A stretch of DNA of 63,782 nucleotides, the filler included, from Octopus bimaculoides (lineage: Eukaryota): NCBI RefSeq assembly GCF_001194135.2. It is 8 parts of 7 records of this genome, joined end to end, with 100 filler letters (N's around TTAATTAATTAA, not from the genome) between each part and the next. Parts side by side here need not be neighbours in the genome. Positions count along the whole stretch, not along the records: positions 31,725 to 39,084 come from NC_069007.1; positions 39,185 to 60,448 come from NC_068983.1; 6 more parts are not named here. One strand, written 5' to 3'. The notes beneath the pieces are model-generated. The model searched no databases. It worked only from the letters and a program-made list of their open reading frames with translations, and was not told the DNA's origin. Of this stretch, positions 34,620-49,200 are shown piece by piece. Within the stretch, counting starts at the first letter, position 1. Every line of letters begins with the position of its first letter. Made by a program: the position numbers and the translations under genes.

Positions 34620-34790
34620 TGCACCACTGTCTTTCACATCCCTTACTATCACCGTCATGCTTGATCGCCTCACCTACCACCACCACCACCACCACCACCA
34701 CCACCATCACCACCATCATCACCGTCACCTCCGCCTCTATCACAACTACAACTCATACTATTAGTATCGCCCCATTACCATCTCAACTGT
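34620..34790. repeat. (ACC)n trinucleotide tract
   Basis: Visible ACC/ATC runs. Confidence 0.8.
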
Positions 34791-35959
34791 CAATCTATTA
34801 CAGTCCTCACCGTCTCTATGCCTGATATTACTCTCACCCCAGCAAGAGGAGTAGAAGAAGTGTCATTGAAGAGTAAGAGAGAGAGGTGGGGGTCCAAGTG
34901 TGACACACTGACACACAGAAATTCGTTTTGGCATTTATTATTATAGATAGATGTAAGAGCTTTTTGTTTTGTTTTTCTAAGACAGCAGGATACAGTTCAT
35001 GAGAGATTCAGCTGCTCTTTCTAACAGACCGACCGACTCACATAACGATTCCCACATTGCCAAACAAGTGACAGATATAAACGATGAGATGCCAGGGATC
35101 ATTGAATTGACTAAATGATGGCAGGGACCATTCATGAATATATAATATTGAATGAGTGTCATGAAAATTTGATAAAAGGAGGCGGCTTGAAGCAGACGTT
35201 AGATACAGCTGTGAATATTCGCAGTCCATTATGTCGGAACCGGTTAGTTGAGGGCTGAAAAAACATGTAAAACAAGATTGAAGAGACAAAACAATTCACA
35301 AGATGGCTTAGTAATATGATGTGTAGGGTTGTCTGTGTGTTTGAGTAAATGTATGTGTGTGTGTGTGTCTGTGTGTGAGCTTGTCTATGTGTATTAGTGT
35401 GTATAGTGTGTGCGTATTTATATGATTTATGTGTGTGTGTTTGTGTGTGTGTGTGTGTATTTATGTGTATGTGTGCGTGCTTGATTCGTTGCGAATTTTT
35501 CAGTCGTTTTGAAGTAACGTACGCATGTATGGATGTGAATGCAACTGCGCACGCGAGCACAAGTCTGTCTGTCTATTTATCTATCTATCAGTCTGTCTAT
35601 CTGTCTTTCTATCTGTCTGCCTGTCTATCTATCTATCGATCGATCGATCGATCTTAAATATTGCCCCCGCCACCTTCCTTTAACCGGGAAGGCAAGGCAG
35701 TTTTCCTCGTACTGGTGGCTATGGTGAAAGAATGTGTGTGATGGACTCGTTTGAAAGGTTTAGAGACAGACACTTTCCTCTCTAGCTAACCTCTCATCAA
35801 CTTTTCCAAGTACCACTTGAAAAGAAACGTGAGAATACAGAGGGAAGTGTTGTCTAATGAAAAGTTTAACAAAACGTGGGTAGCAGGGATGAATGACGGA
35901 ACCACCTTGAGCATGGTCCTATAAAACAAAGAGAGAAAGAGCGCTTTGCTCTCATGTTT

Positions 35960-36133
35960 TTCTTTTCCGAGGTTACCGTGGATTTTTCGAAGGTTTTTCT
36001 TTCCACGGATAACCCTAGTCAGTATTATATTTACTCCCCGCTTTTAAGAACTCCATTTGTTAAAAACGACACTTTGTTATCTCCTACATTGTATTTTCTC
36101 GTCTGTGTTCGACCCTGCGTGGCTAATAAAGAA

Positions 36134-36193
<60 letters not shown>

Positions 36194-36230
36194 GTCTGTC
36201 TGTCTGCCTGTCTGTCTGTCTATATATTCT
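35960..36230 (+). mobile_element. 3' end of a non-LTR retroelement with (ATCT)n tail
   Basis: GTTCGACCCTGCGTGGCTAATAAAGAAATC+(TATC)n; shares TTCCACGGATAACC with the 30730 copy. Confidence 0.55.
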
Positions 36231-36231
36231 T

Positions 36232-36440
36232 CTATTCTTTCAATTGTTTCAGCCATTTGACTGTGGCCGTGCTGGAGCACCGCCTTTTAGTCGGAGAAAT
36301 CGACCCCTGGCCTTATTCTTTGTAAGCCTTGTTCTTATTCTATCGATCTGTTATGCCGAACCGCTAAGTTATGGGGACGTAAACACAGCAACAGCGGTTG
36401 TCAAGCGATGGTGGTGGGACCAACACAGACACACACAGAC
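36232..36440 (-). mobile_element. SINE family A, 3' half
   Basis: Aligns to 62049-62240 (GCCGAACCGCTAAGTTATGGGGACGTAAACAC vs GCCGAACTGCTAGGTTACGGAGTGCAAACAC). Confidence 0.7.
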
Positions 36441-36452
36441 ACAGACACAGAC

Positions 36453-36486
<34 letters not shown>

Positions 36487-36932
36487 NNNNNNNNNNNNNN
36501 NNNNNNNNNNNNNNNNNNNNNNNNNNNNNNNNNNNNNNNNNNNNNNNNNNNNNNNNNNNNNNNNNNNNNNNNNNNNNNNNNNNNNNNNNNNNNNNNNNNN
36601 NNNNNNNNNNNNNNNNNNNNNNNNNNNNNNNNNNNNNNNNNNNNNNNNNNNNNNNNNNNNNNNNNNNNNNNNNNNNNNNNNNNNNNNNNNNNNNNNNNNN
36701 NNNNNNNNNNNNNNNNNNNNNNNNNNNNNNNNNNNNNNNNNNNNNNNNNNNNNNNNNNNNNNNNNNNNNNNNNNNNNNNNNNNNNNNNNNNNNNNNNNNN
36801 NNNNNNNNNNNNNNNNNNNNNNNNNNNNNNNNNNNNNNNNNNNNNNNNNNNNNNNNNNNNNNNNNNNNNNNNNNNNNNNNNNNNNNNNNNNNNNNNNNNN
36901 NNNNNNNNNNNNNNNNNNNNNNNNNNNNNNNN

Positions 36933-36981
<49 letters not shown>

Positions 36982-37959
36982 TTCTCTCCACACACACGCA
37001 CATAGAGTAGGAGTGAGTGTGTGTGAGGGTGTGTGTGTCTGTGCGCGCGCGTGTGTATGTGTGTGAGAGAGAGAGAGAGATTGTACTTAGCAATCAGTAA
37101 GTCAAGCACTCAGTGACAGTGGAAGGCTGTGAGTGATTGAGAATTCCATTAAGCATACAAGTCTGTGGGGTACTCAGCCAGCTGTTACTAGATAATATAG
37201 AATATGGATTGGTTAAATACTTAATTCGTTGATGGAACAACTGCACAACTGCAATATTCATCACCGCCGAAGTAGATGCAGTCCCTTCTCTCTTGCCTTC
37301 TATAGTTCTTTTGTTGTTCAACGTATGTATGTATGTATATATAGATGGATGTATGTATGTATATATATGTATATGTATATTTTTTTATATATTATAAATA
37401 TATATTATATATATAAGTATTCATATCCATATATATATGTGTGTATGTGTGTGCGTGTGTGTGTGTGTATACACATATGCATATATGGGTACAGGACGTC
37501 ACCAACAGTAAACAACATGAAATACGAATACAAATGAGTTCAATACGCAAACAACGAGAGAAACAAATGGAAAACAGGACAAAGTAACACAAAGAATAAG
37601 ACTTCATCAGTTGTCGGCTGTCTATCTACTTCTCATTTCGAGCATCAAACACACACATATATGTATATGTATATGTATCACATACCCCTACCTCTACCCC
37701 CACCCTCAGCCTAACCCACACTCCACCCATGCTTTCCCCCGCCTTCGCCTCCCACGCCTCCCAACACCCTCACATCACACCACGCTTCACCATATCACAC
37801 AACACATCACTTCACAACACACCACCACGCACACACCAGCACTGACCAATTCCCTCCCCACATTTTCACACCTTCACACCTACATACACACATGCATAAA
37901 TTAAGATCACCAGCATTCTCTCACACACACGCAGCCTCTCATCTTGGGTTCACCACTTT

Positions 37960-38205
37960 TTTGTTATCTCCCCTTTTTCTTAGCTCTCCTGTGTGATCCT
38001 TCTGTGTGATCATTCGCCATGATAGATCGCTGACCACTACATTTATATTTTTCTCTCCTTGTTTCTTTCTGTGTTCCTTTCAGTTGAAGAGCGTGGGCTC
38101 GAAACGTCAAAGACGTTCTATATTCCCGAGCGTTAAACTAATACATCCATTTGTTGTTTACACCACCTGTCTTCGTCTGTTGTTTTTTTCGTAAATTCTC
38201 CCATA
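37960..38205 (+). mobile_element. PLE pseudo-LTR (family P1) with degenerate hammerhead at 38077-38112
   Basis: CTTT|CAGTTGA|A|GAGC gtgg GCTC|GAAACGTC^AAAG; collinear with 8172-8370. Confidence 0.65.
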
Positions 38206-38221
38206 TATATATATATTTATA

Positions 38222-38366
38222 AATTAAACAATGGGGTATTTATATATATATGTAAATTAAACAATGAGTATTTTTTCTGAATCTCCCTGATTCTTTTAAT
38301 GTGCTAGTTACCTGGTATTAAATTGATATTAATTAATATCCAATTTTTTACCCCATTGTTTAATTA
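38222..38366. mobile_element. Small AT-rich MITE-like element with 17-bp inverted termini
   Basis: AATTAAACAATGGGGTA (38222-38238) and TACCCCATTGTTTAATT (38349-38365), with a second variant terminus at ~38255. The interior is related to 62690-62750. Confidence 0.55.
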
Positions 38367-38883
38367 ACCATAACCAAATTCTCAGCGTTACTATATCCGA
38401 TGTGGAACATTTTTTCTGCGGAGATATTTACGGATTTAGCGCACAAAAACGAGGACTTTTGAATTTTGCCGTAGAAGGTATAATTTTTTGAACCGTATAC
38501 ACGTGCTTTCCTTGTGGAATACAACTTAGTATACGATTCTATAAATTACATCTATCCAACGTTCTGTACTGATGAGAAAAAGATATTTTCGGTAAGAAAA
38601 TGTTAATTTCGAAACATGTTTGCAGATAATTGTATTTTTTGTGTAATTTTCACTGGTCTTGCCCGCTTTACGTTTTTGTTGCTTCGCTAAATTCCCTTTG
38701 AGAATTATTCGGTCTTAGTAGACACATGACATGTGATCTTCTTCTAGCACATTACCAGTCCACCTAGTGGCCTCCTGTATATATACTCGTATATATATAT
38801 ATATATCTGTATGTGTTACTACATGTGGATTGTTGGCGATTTTTCTCCGTCTTCCTTTTCTCTTGGACTTTCCTCTGTCTCCT

Positions 38884-38918
38884 GCTTCTGAAGAAGAGCT
38901 TTGCTCGAAACATAAAAC
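38884..38918 (+). ncRNA. Minimal hammerhead-like motif, canonical core, in a further pseudo-LTR family (38780-39020)
   Basis: GCTT|CTGAAGA|A|GAGC ttt GCTC|GAAACATA^AAAC. Stem III reads ACAT, plausibly CpG decay of ACGT, and stem I has one mismatch. Confidence 0.5.
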
Positions 38919-39021
38919 TAACATTCTTACCTTTCCTGAGCGTCTGTTAATACTCTGCACGTGCCACGTCTAAGCGTTCTTGTTTCTTTTCTTCGTTTGT
39001 TTTGGGCTTAATTGTCTATAT

Positions 39022-39084
<63 letters not shown>

Positions 39085-42000
39085 NNNNNNNNNNNNNNNN
39101 NNNNNNNNNNNNNNNNNNNNNNNNNNNNTTAATTAATTAANNNNNNNNNNNNNNNNNNNNNNNNNNNNNNNNNNNNNNNNNNNNGAGGAGGGCGGAGGAG
39201 GGAGGAGGAGGGAGGAGGTGAGGGGGAGGGAGGAGGCAGAAGGGGACTAGGGGTGATAACGACGAGGACGACAACTATGATGGTGTGCAAACGAAAATGA
39301 AATAAGAATCCTCAGATAGATGTTTAGCCTTGTAATCCATTTACCAGACAAACTTGCATGTTAAATTTTATTTCATGCAAGATGCAAGCGAAGCTGTTCA
39401 TTGTGCTTGTGTGTATCCTGGACGGAGTGCACATTTCAATGGTTGCATGTGAATCCTGTAATCTGTAAATGAAACTCTACGCATTGCGTTGTCGTAATTA
39501 GCTGCAACATAATTTATCATTCTTATTTTACAAAACACTCAAGAATTCATGATATCAACAACAAAATTCGCACCGTAGTCTTCTACGAAATTCAAGGGTT
39601 ATTCATCTTTAAAGATTTCTTTTGAATGGAATATTATGCAATGTAGTCATGCACATCTTTAATAACTTGGAGGTATTCTGATGGTGTCGCTATGCTAAAC
39701 AAAGTTCGTTATTAAGATTATATTTCGTTTTATGGAAACATTGCATATTTAATTTTCGGTATGCAGCAATCCTTTTTGACAATTATACGTTTAGGATTTC
39801 GATATTCTACGAGGATTGTTTTCGAACCATCTAATTTGCAGCCAGGAAAATAGCTGTAAGTTGTATGGCATCCTATGCTATATACTATTGTTAAGCATAT
39901 TAATTATAGTTTCATATTTAAATATGTGGGTAATATTTAGCAATAGCACGAGCACCCCATTCTGTGTTGGTTGGTGTTTGACATGCTAAAGACAACTGGT
40001 TGAGGCATCACTCAACTTTTGTTAGAGCATCTCTCTAGGAGAAGGATACTCTGATATAAAATGAGATATACAGAGAATGACATTGAACATTTTACGGATC
40101 TCTTTTTCTTGCGCTTGAGATCATTGCACTCCTACATTCTTTGGCCTGCGACCCATACTGGCACTACATATCTTGCACTGGTTTGTCTCTGGATCATATC
40201 TATATTGTGGAGAGTTCCTTTGAGGTGTCGCACAAACCGTATTGGACCTAAAATTTCGCACAGACATTGCTGACTATACTGCATAAGTATTGATGCTTGA
40301 TAACTTTAAACCAATTCTTTATTTTTTTATTTTTTTATATACTCGAAAATTCTGCATCGATGGGAAGGTGGTAAAACCTGCAGACAAGACGTGTTCGGAA
40401 CATTTAGCCAGCAATCTACACATAGGTGGCCCATTTCCAAGGCAGCTATGGAATTCGGTTGATGCGTGGATGCCTAAGCATCTGCATTTAAGAACACTGC
40501 TCGGCCGGAGATCGGGGAGGCTCAAGAAAAAGTGACCTAAAAATTACCAGCATTTTTCTATTTGGTCAGTTTAGCTTCACCCAGATACGGAAAATACACC
40601 GGAACCTGATTATTCAAGTTCTTTGTACCGATAATTAAATCATTTCCTGATGGGATGGGGGTTCGTGTCAATGTCAGTGGTTGATATGGCGGATACAGCT
40701 TTCTAGAGAATGGTGTGAAACCAAAGAATTATTTGAGAGAGGAAAGTTTTGTATAACTAGAGTAAATCGTTTGTGGTTTAGAAAGCTGCACATATTCTTC
40801 AGTTATTTCTAGAAAGTCCGGAACAAGACGATGTAGCATTAGTACAGCAAATCACATTACAGCTCTCTATAAACAGAACCATGTAGGATCTATCAATGAC
40901 AAACAAGTAGCTTATCACAATTCAGAGTCTCTTTCCGCGATGAACGTATTCGTTTCGAAATGAATGAAATGCATTAAGCTTCGCTGACATACTCACATTT
41001 GATATCTAGTTTCAAATAAGTTTGGAATAGCTAGGTTAATTTCTAAATATGGGACATGATTCAACATATTTTAGAGGATATTTATTTGCTGGTCTTTTAT
41101 GCAATACATTCTTTACTCTCTGCTGAAGAGTTAATTTCATTTTCAGATAGTTCAGTATTTTGTGAGAATATCTTGCGAAAATTTTAAAACTTGCTTGGGG
41201 AAAACTGATACCAGAAGAAACCCATAACATGCACATCTATTGATTCGTAGCATCATACATGCTGCTATATTTAATGCAATATAGTATCATGTACAAAGAC
41301 ATCCACTCTCTGAAGAAATTTCAGCAGTGATGCAATTCCTCTTTTGTGATATTGAGTTGGTCAAGGTTAATTATTGTAAAATATTTAGTTGATGAATGAC
41401 GCAAAGTCTTTTTACCATCAACACTATCAAGCAGATGAGAAGGGATTCTCCAAGTGTGTCTTGGGAAACTGCACTGTATGTTTAAAACACACTCTCTCCC
41501 TGACAAACAAGTGTTCACATACATGTGCGTGAGCACACGCGCACATCAACTATATAAGTCAGAAGTAACTCGATTTCAGCCATCATCGTGATTACACCAG
41601 GTGAAACTGGAGTAAGCCGTTAAAGTTTTAATGTAATGAGCGCGCGTGAACGGCACACACATACAGACACACACACATATACATCTGTATCGTGTAACGT
41701 GCCAGTTGGTAATTCCTGTGCTCTTTCTATAATCACTATTTTCTTAGAACTTCTTTGTTATGCGCAGCTGATTTTATATGGAGGAGTATTTAAATGCTTA
41801 ATAGAAAGGGTTTACATTTTTTGAAAAAGTAACTATTTTCTCCAATAATATTTAGGACCTCTGATACAAGAAATCATACTCGACAACTGAAATATAGTCT
41901 TATATCGCGTCTATTAAATAAAAACCAAACTGAGTCATGAATGTTGTTGTGGATGTTTTAGGTTGAAGCTGATTTCCATTCACCCCTTCCCCATCTCGAA

Positions 42001-42884
42001 AACCTAAGCTCAGTCACTGTAAACATCGCATTTCTCATTTCGCAAGCTTGATGTACAGCCTGGACTGCAATCTTAGTCGTCAAATTATTCCGCCCACAAG
42101 TTTAATATAATCGATTGGTTCTTGTCTGACATGAGCTTACATCCATATGTGCAAGTATTGAGGCTGACTTTCCAGTGTTTGAAGAAATTCAGTTATCCTC
42201 TAATTTGTTATGGAAACCTAACACATATAATTTTTATAGATGCTGTTCCAATCTCGTTTATTTAGCGAATTAATATTGCGGTAATATGTAGTCCCCCACG
42301 TTTAAGATTCTCAGAAAAATCACTTATATTTTCAGATGACTACAGCGAACAAATAAAAAGACCCAATATGTGGAATCACTCAACCGTCCTGCAATCATAG
42401 CGGTATTTCATAATTAAAGAGTTCTCATATACAAACATTCACAAACACTTGCAGGCAATCATATATAATAACGCATTTGTATCTTTCTAAGCTTGTATGT
42501 CTACGTGCCCCAGGTAAACTCAAACAATCACGCACATATGTATATGCATAGGTATATACATATATGTACATATGTGAGTGATTATCTCTGTGTGTGTAGG
42601 TTGCAAACAAGTTTTCCCATACGTGTGCGTGAGCACACGCGCACATCATCAATATAAGTCAGAAGTAACTTGATTTCAGTTATACTTAAGGCAATAAATC
42701 ATTTACATTGAAGTGAATGAACTAGTTGTTGGGGGATGATATTTCAAAAACTACATCTAATGCATAGGTGTGTATCTTGGTTATTTTGTCAGCTCTTACA
42801 CCTGACTGGTCTCAGCGAATTGCGTAAATTAATGCATTAATGCATTAAATCTACACAGACACAAACATCTACACACATACATGT

Positions 42885-43209
42885 ATGTACGCACTCCGTT
42901 GGATACGACTAAAACGAGGGTTCCAGTTGATCCGTTCAATGGAAAAACCTGCTTGTGAAATTAACGTGCAAGTGGCTGACCACTCCACAGACACGTGTAC
43001 CCTTAACATGTTTCTGAGTGAGATTCAGCGTGACACAGAATTTGACAAGTCCCAGCCATTTGAAATAGAGGTACTACTCAATTTTGACAGCTGAGTGGAC
43101 TGGATCAAGATGATATAAAGTTTATTGCTCAAGGACACAACAGATCGCAGGAAATTGAACTCACGACCCTAACATCGTGAGTCGAATACCCTAAACAATG
43201 AACACCGTG
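42885..43209 (-). mobile_element. tRNA-derived SINE, near full length (family D, CORE-like head)
   Basis: GAAATTAACGTGCAAGTGGCTGACCACTCCACAGACACGTGTACCCTTAAC...TTGCTCAAGGACACAAC...GAAATTGAACTCACGACC; the minus strand gives box B GAGTTCAATTTCC. Confidence 0.72.
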
Positions 43210-43590
43210 NNNNNNNNNNNNNNNNNNNNNNNNNNNNNNNNNNNNNNNNNNNNNNNNNNNNNNNNNNNNNNNNNNNNNNNNNNNNNNNNNNNNNNNNNNN
43301 NNNNNNNNNNNNNNNNNNNNNNNNNNNNNNNNNNNNNNNNNNNNNNNNNNNNNNNNNNNNNNNNNNNNNNNNNNNNNNNNNNNNNNNNNNNNNNNNNNNN
43401 NNNNNNNNNNNNNNNNNNNNNNNNNNNNNNNNNNNNNNNNNNNNNNNNNNNNNNNNNNNNNNNNNNNNNNNNNNNNNNNNNNNNNNNNNNNNNNNNNNNN
43501 NNNNNNNNNNNNNNNNNNNNNNNNNNNNNNNNNNNNNNNNNNNNNNNNNNNNNNNNNNNNNNNNNNNNNNNNNNNNNNNNNNNNNNNNNN

Positions 43591-43756
43591 ATATAGAGGG
43601 CATTATTGCAGAAAAATAATAACGCCACACAGTGGACTTCTCAAAATAACCACATTTAGTACCTAATGCGAGGAAAAACAACCAACAGAAGACGACCAAC
43701 TTTTGAGAAGTCCACTGTGTGGCGTTATTATTTTTCTGTAATAATGCCCTTTATAT
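43591..43756. mobile_element. Palindromic MITE with 56-bp TIRs
   Basis: The left arm 43591-43646 and right arm 43701-43756 are reverse complements with 2 mismatches; 54-bp spacer; TA-rich ends. Confidence 0.85.
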
Positions 43757-44248
43757 AAATATAAACGAATAATTATATTCTTGGGAATAGAAATTTCCCT
43801 TATGAATTTTTTTACACACTGGCTTCTTGATAAAATTCTTGTAAAAGAGTTTTATCCCTTTTTGAATTTATTTATCATATATATATATATATATGTATGT
43901 ATGTATGCATGTATAAAGTACTAATCAGCGCTAAGCAATTAAGAACGCTAGCAGATTTCAACGTGGCAGATTGGGCAGGTGTTTCAAAGAATTAAGATGT
44001 GCTGAAGAAGGTAAGACTTTTGTATCAAACCAGAAACAGGTCCACATATCTACTTGTACCATTAAATATATAGCTTTATGCTATGTAGGGATGTGAGAGA
44101 TTGTTTCGTTCCGTTTGCTCGTATACTGTGGAATCTGTTATTTTCACTGTAAATTTTATGGTCATCGAAATTAGGGTTTTAACTCTCATTTCTAGCGTGT
44201 AGATACTTTAATGTGTCCTTATGATTAATATATATATACATACATACA

Positions 44249-44308
<60 letters not shown>

Positions 44309-45994
44309 NNNNNNNNNNNNNNNNNNNNNNNNNNNNNNNNNNNNNNNNNNNNNNNNNNNNNNNNNNNNNNNNNNNNNNNNNNNNNNNNNNNNNNNNNNNN
44401 NNNNNNNNNNNNNNNNNNNNNNNNNNNNNNNNNNNNNNNNNNNNNNNNNNNNNNNNNCACAACATGGGTCTGGTATTCACGTTTTTTATCATTGTATGAA
44501 ATAAAACAGTTACAATATGGTATGGTTTTCATATGTTCAATTATTGTATTAAAAAAAAAAAAAAGAATTTACAATGTTGAAGTGTGTTAAACATGAAGAA
44601 AATATTTAATAATGTTCATAAAATTCAATTAGTGCTTTCATACGTTCGTAGTAATCAGATTTCAAAATGTATTGACTGACAGTAGAGTTCAGTTTTTGAC
44701 AACTGTAATTAAATAACTGATTTCTTCATTTTTATACCATTTAGAAGGCTCCATGAAGCTGAATTTTTCGAATACGGTTTTGACCAGTCATCATGCAGTT
44801 TAAACGTCACTATTTGTTGAGCTCACCGATATTACTAGCACAGATGCCGCCTTTAATTTAACGAATTAGCTTGCTGTTTATATGTAATGGTTTTATGAAT
44901 GAGCAAACTTAGTGGGTTTCGATCGTTTTTATTTCAATCGGTGGGATTCTTCTGTAATTTGTTTATATTCATAGGTTTAAGATAACTTTTAATCCATATT
45001 AACAGGTTGTTATATTATTTTTGCTATTTCCGTTCAGAACAGGTTTGAAAAATTTAATGAATATTTCTTCCAACCTTACTCGTGTCACGTAGTTTGTGGA
45101 AAGGAAAAATTACAAACATTTTCTGACTACATGTTTCTACATGTTCGCTCAATGGAATCAAGCGAACATTTGTGTCCCGGAATTATTGTCTGTGAACATG
45201 TTAGCCTTCCGATAATGAATTCTCTGTCTTGCCAATGTACAGTTCCTTTCAATTAGGACATTTGATGCAGAAGATCAAATATCTGCTTGTGCAGTTCATA
45301 TCTGCATTTGTTAATATCTTTCCAATTTTGTTCTAATGGATCTATCAGTACGCCTGTATTGACACATTCCACATCCGTTATCATTCCACTAGGATACTCT
45401 GAATGTTTTATCTGTTTGTTCATGCTGAATTTTGACTCTGTTGATAGTCTCTTTATGTTATATGGTTACCATTTGCTTAAGATAAGTGTTTGATAATCCG
45501 TATGTGTGTATAATCCGAGTTCCTATGTGTGTATAAGCAATCTATCCCTGTCCATCTGATTATAAGTTCCTCTACGAATTTAGTTTTTATGTCAACTATT
45601 ATTTGTCTATATTTCCAAGTGTTTGCAACTCGTATTGAAAAATGATGTTAGTAATTGAAAATTGTAGCAAGGTATCATTCCCTAACCAGAGAGGCATATT
45701 ACAACATGATACCTAAAACTCAGGATCTTTAGCAAGACATAACTTTCTGTATGAAACCCAGACTGCAAAATTGATGCAACGCAATATGCTGAACGGAATT
45801 GCACCTATAAGGGACGGTAGCAGTACTGATCGAAACGACTGTTGTACAAAATTAATATTAATATCAAATCCACGTTACCGTTACTTAAGAAATTATTATT
45901 ATCATCTCAACTAACACTGCGGAATCCCTGAAGTAAATCCAACGGAAATATACCTCGACTGCAGATAAGCTCACTACCTCCATCAAATTGATAT

Positions 45995-46241
<247 letters not shown>

Positions 46242-49200
46242 GTATATATATATGGTATTTAACCATGAGCTGCTACTGGTAGTTTCATGTTATGGAATGA
46301 CAATAAATTGGCAGATTAATACATCCTACCTTCTGCCCCGAAGCAACTCTTCAGGCTCAAATATACATGGATGGGAGTTTTTGGAAAACACGGTGCTGGT
46401 GTGCATTGTATTTGAGGCTCAGTTATCGTTTGGGAACACAAGGCACGATATATAAATCGGTTAAATTATTTTCTTTGCACAGCATGAAAGTACTGGTAGC
46501 TTATATTAAAATACTGCGTATATTAAATGATAATTATCTCTCACTGGATGAAATAGTTTGTGTTGTTGATCTTACCTATAACGGAACAGTAAATTATATA
46601 TTCCGATGTATATATACATACATGGACGTATCTTGTTGAAGATATCTCTTAATACAAATCAAGCATGGTCTATGACAGATTTAGTTAAAGACACTCTTTT
46701 TTTTTACTATCCTGTAAATTTTCAATGTGTAATATATCCATGTGTAATATATCCAGATTATATTTATTTCATACCATTGAATATATTTTTCGTAAAATAA
46801 TTTTTGATGTTACTTTATAAATATTTCCATGTCATTCTCAATGATCAATCGGACACGCAGAGATCTTCTTTAATACATCGTGTTGGTTTAACTATCCTTA
46901 ATACGTGGTATGGGAATCTTATATAAAGGGAAGATGTCTGAATAGACAGCATAGCTGTCACCGTGCTCTCACACATTTCAAGCCGCTCCTAGGGAGAATT
47001 GCAAAATTTGTCTTCGCCATTGTTAATTCTATCACATTTACACTAATATGATTTCAAAGTAAATGAATTTACAATGGTTTTAAAGGTCACTGGGTGTTAT
47101 GGTAAGCTGAGCATGTTAATAATAATACTACTGTCATTATGTGTCTTATCTTTACCCATTTTGTTTTATATTGTAAGTTGGAAAGTAAACCCGTTTCTCT
47201 GAATTTCAGCAGTTGATAATTCTCACTCTTCAATGTTCACATATGCTAAATGTTTCTATTTGCCAATAAACTTTGAAAATCAGGAGATAACAAGATTCAG
47301 CCAGAACTCAATAACTACAAAACAAATAGTAAGGTTTGTGACTGGTTTGCATTTTTCTGAATGAAAAAATAAATAATAAATAAAGTAAAAGTCTTTCGCG
47401 TAGTAATATAACAATTCAGGAGTAAATAACTAAAATATAAAAGAACTGCTTCGTTGGCGTTATTTATATACCTTATTTATAGAGATCTAGTGAATAAAGA
47501 AATGAATGAAGTCACAATTGGTTTTGCATCGTTGAATATATTACTTCACTAATGTAGTTCTTTAAAATGTTACCGGACAGTATTGTAAAGGCAGTTGAAT
47601 TAATTTAGTTACGCTGGAAGACTTACGTAAATATTTCATTATTAATAATGTTAGCTTTCTTTCTAACAGTCTTTCCTGTGTAATCGTCACATTGTGTATA
47701 TATTTTTGTGAATATATTTGTTTGTTGGTGTTCGTGTTCCGTCGTGTGCTGTTCATGTTTTCTTATTTCTGAGATGTTATTTACTTTTTACTTAAAACGT
47801 GTAAGTTCACGAATGATGTAGAAGACATAATGTTAATTTGTTACAAATAAATTGAACAGAAACGGACGATGTCAAACTGGAAAATTGACAGAGTTGCTTC
47901 AGTGAATATTGAACAAAAACTTTACATCAGCTAAGTGGATCAAGGCAGCTGATGAATTTCTATTATTATAAAACTAAATTGCCAAAACCACAGTAAATGA
48001 TATACAACAAAATATACAAAATTCGACATAGTTAATTAAATTAAATGAGTGCAAAACTTTAATTTCTGTTTTGAAATATACAGTGGTCTACCTGTTTTAT
48101 ATCATGTGATATTTATGGTAATGTTAATTAATATTCGGGTGAGAGATACATTAGTAAAACAGTAGATCGTATATTTAAATATCAAACATTTTCTGCTGTT
48201 TCATTCTTCACACTCTATAGCAACGGTGTTGTTCTTGATTTTCATCCTTGTGGTTACATTAATTAATGACCAGTAATATATTGAGGCCGATGCAGTTGTT
48301 GACAATTATTCTCTATTAATATTATCCTAATCAAGGGAAATCGATAGTAATTCATTTCCTTCCCTGATGAAAGCTCAGAGTTCTACAATTTCATTCCACA
48401 TTTCTACGAAATATATATGTGCACGAAATGCATCACTAATTATCTGTAATATGTGTTAAGTGCCGTTGCGTTAGTAGCATGTATGAAGTAAGCTGAGACT
48501 TGTAATTGAAATATCCTCGGGCGAAAATTATTTCAATTTCACTTACACCGTCAATGCCCTTAGGAAAGGCTTTTAACGCAAAACTTCCAAGTTACTCAAT
48601 AAAATTAATTTTTCTATGTTTACTGAAGAATACACTAATATTTGCATATAATATGCTGCAAGCCTCCAGCGAACAAATCAAGAAAGTAATATAATAGCAA
48701 AGATACGAATGTCACTCAACATTATTTCTCTTTATAAATTCATTGTCTTGTGATGTGCGAAGCATAAATGATAATTCACTGAACTGGGAATGTTTTTCCT
48801 CAGACAAAAATCAAATATTTTATTAGCTTTGAAACTCAGTATATCCACATCATACATTCATGCAAAACACCTGCCTCACTTATTTTGTCAAACTCCAGGT
48901 GTCAGTTTCTATAGATCTTATACAACGCGTTTTATAATCTCATTAGATCAAATCCGCATCGGTATGGAATTCTCATCCTATTCTCGTCCCTAACACGCAT
49001 GTACGAGTTGAAACAGAACTGTGATGTTATTATCTCACCAAGTCACTCTTATATTGCTTTTTCATGGTCTATAACTGAACAATAATACCGTTTATCACAA
49101 TAAATATTAGTGAAACATTTTCAGATATATTTTGTTTTAATCCACTATTACACTTTTTGTTTCGCCCCAGATCAAAATAGTTTTGGGTCAATTTATCACA

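Noticed and set aside
37560-37625. Minus-strand CTGATGA in a probable pseudo-LTR fragment
   Set aside because: No stem II or GAAA follows.
40061-40535. Non-repetitive ORFs of 68-81 aa
   Set aside because: No recognisable domain or exon boundaries.
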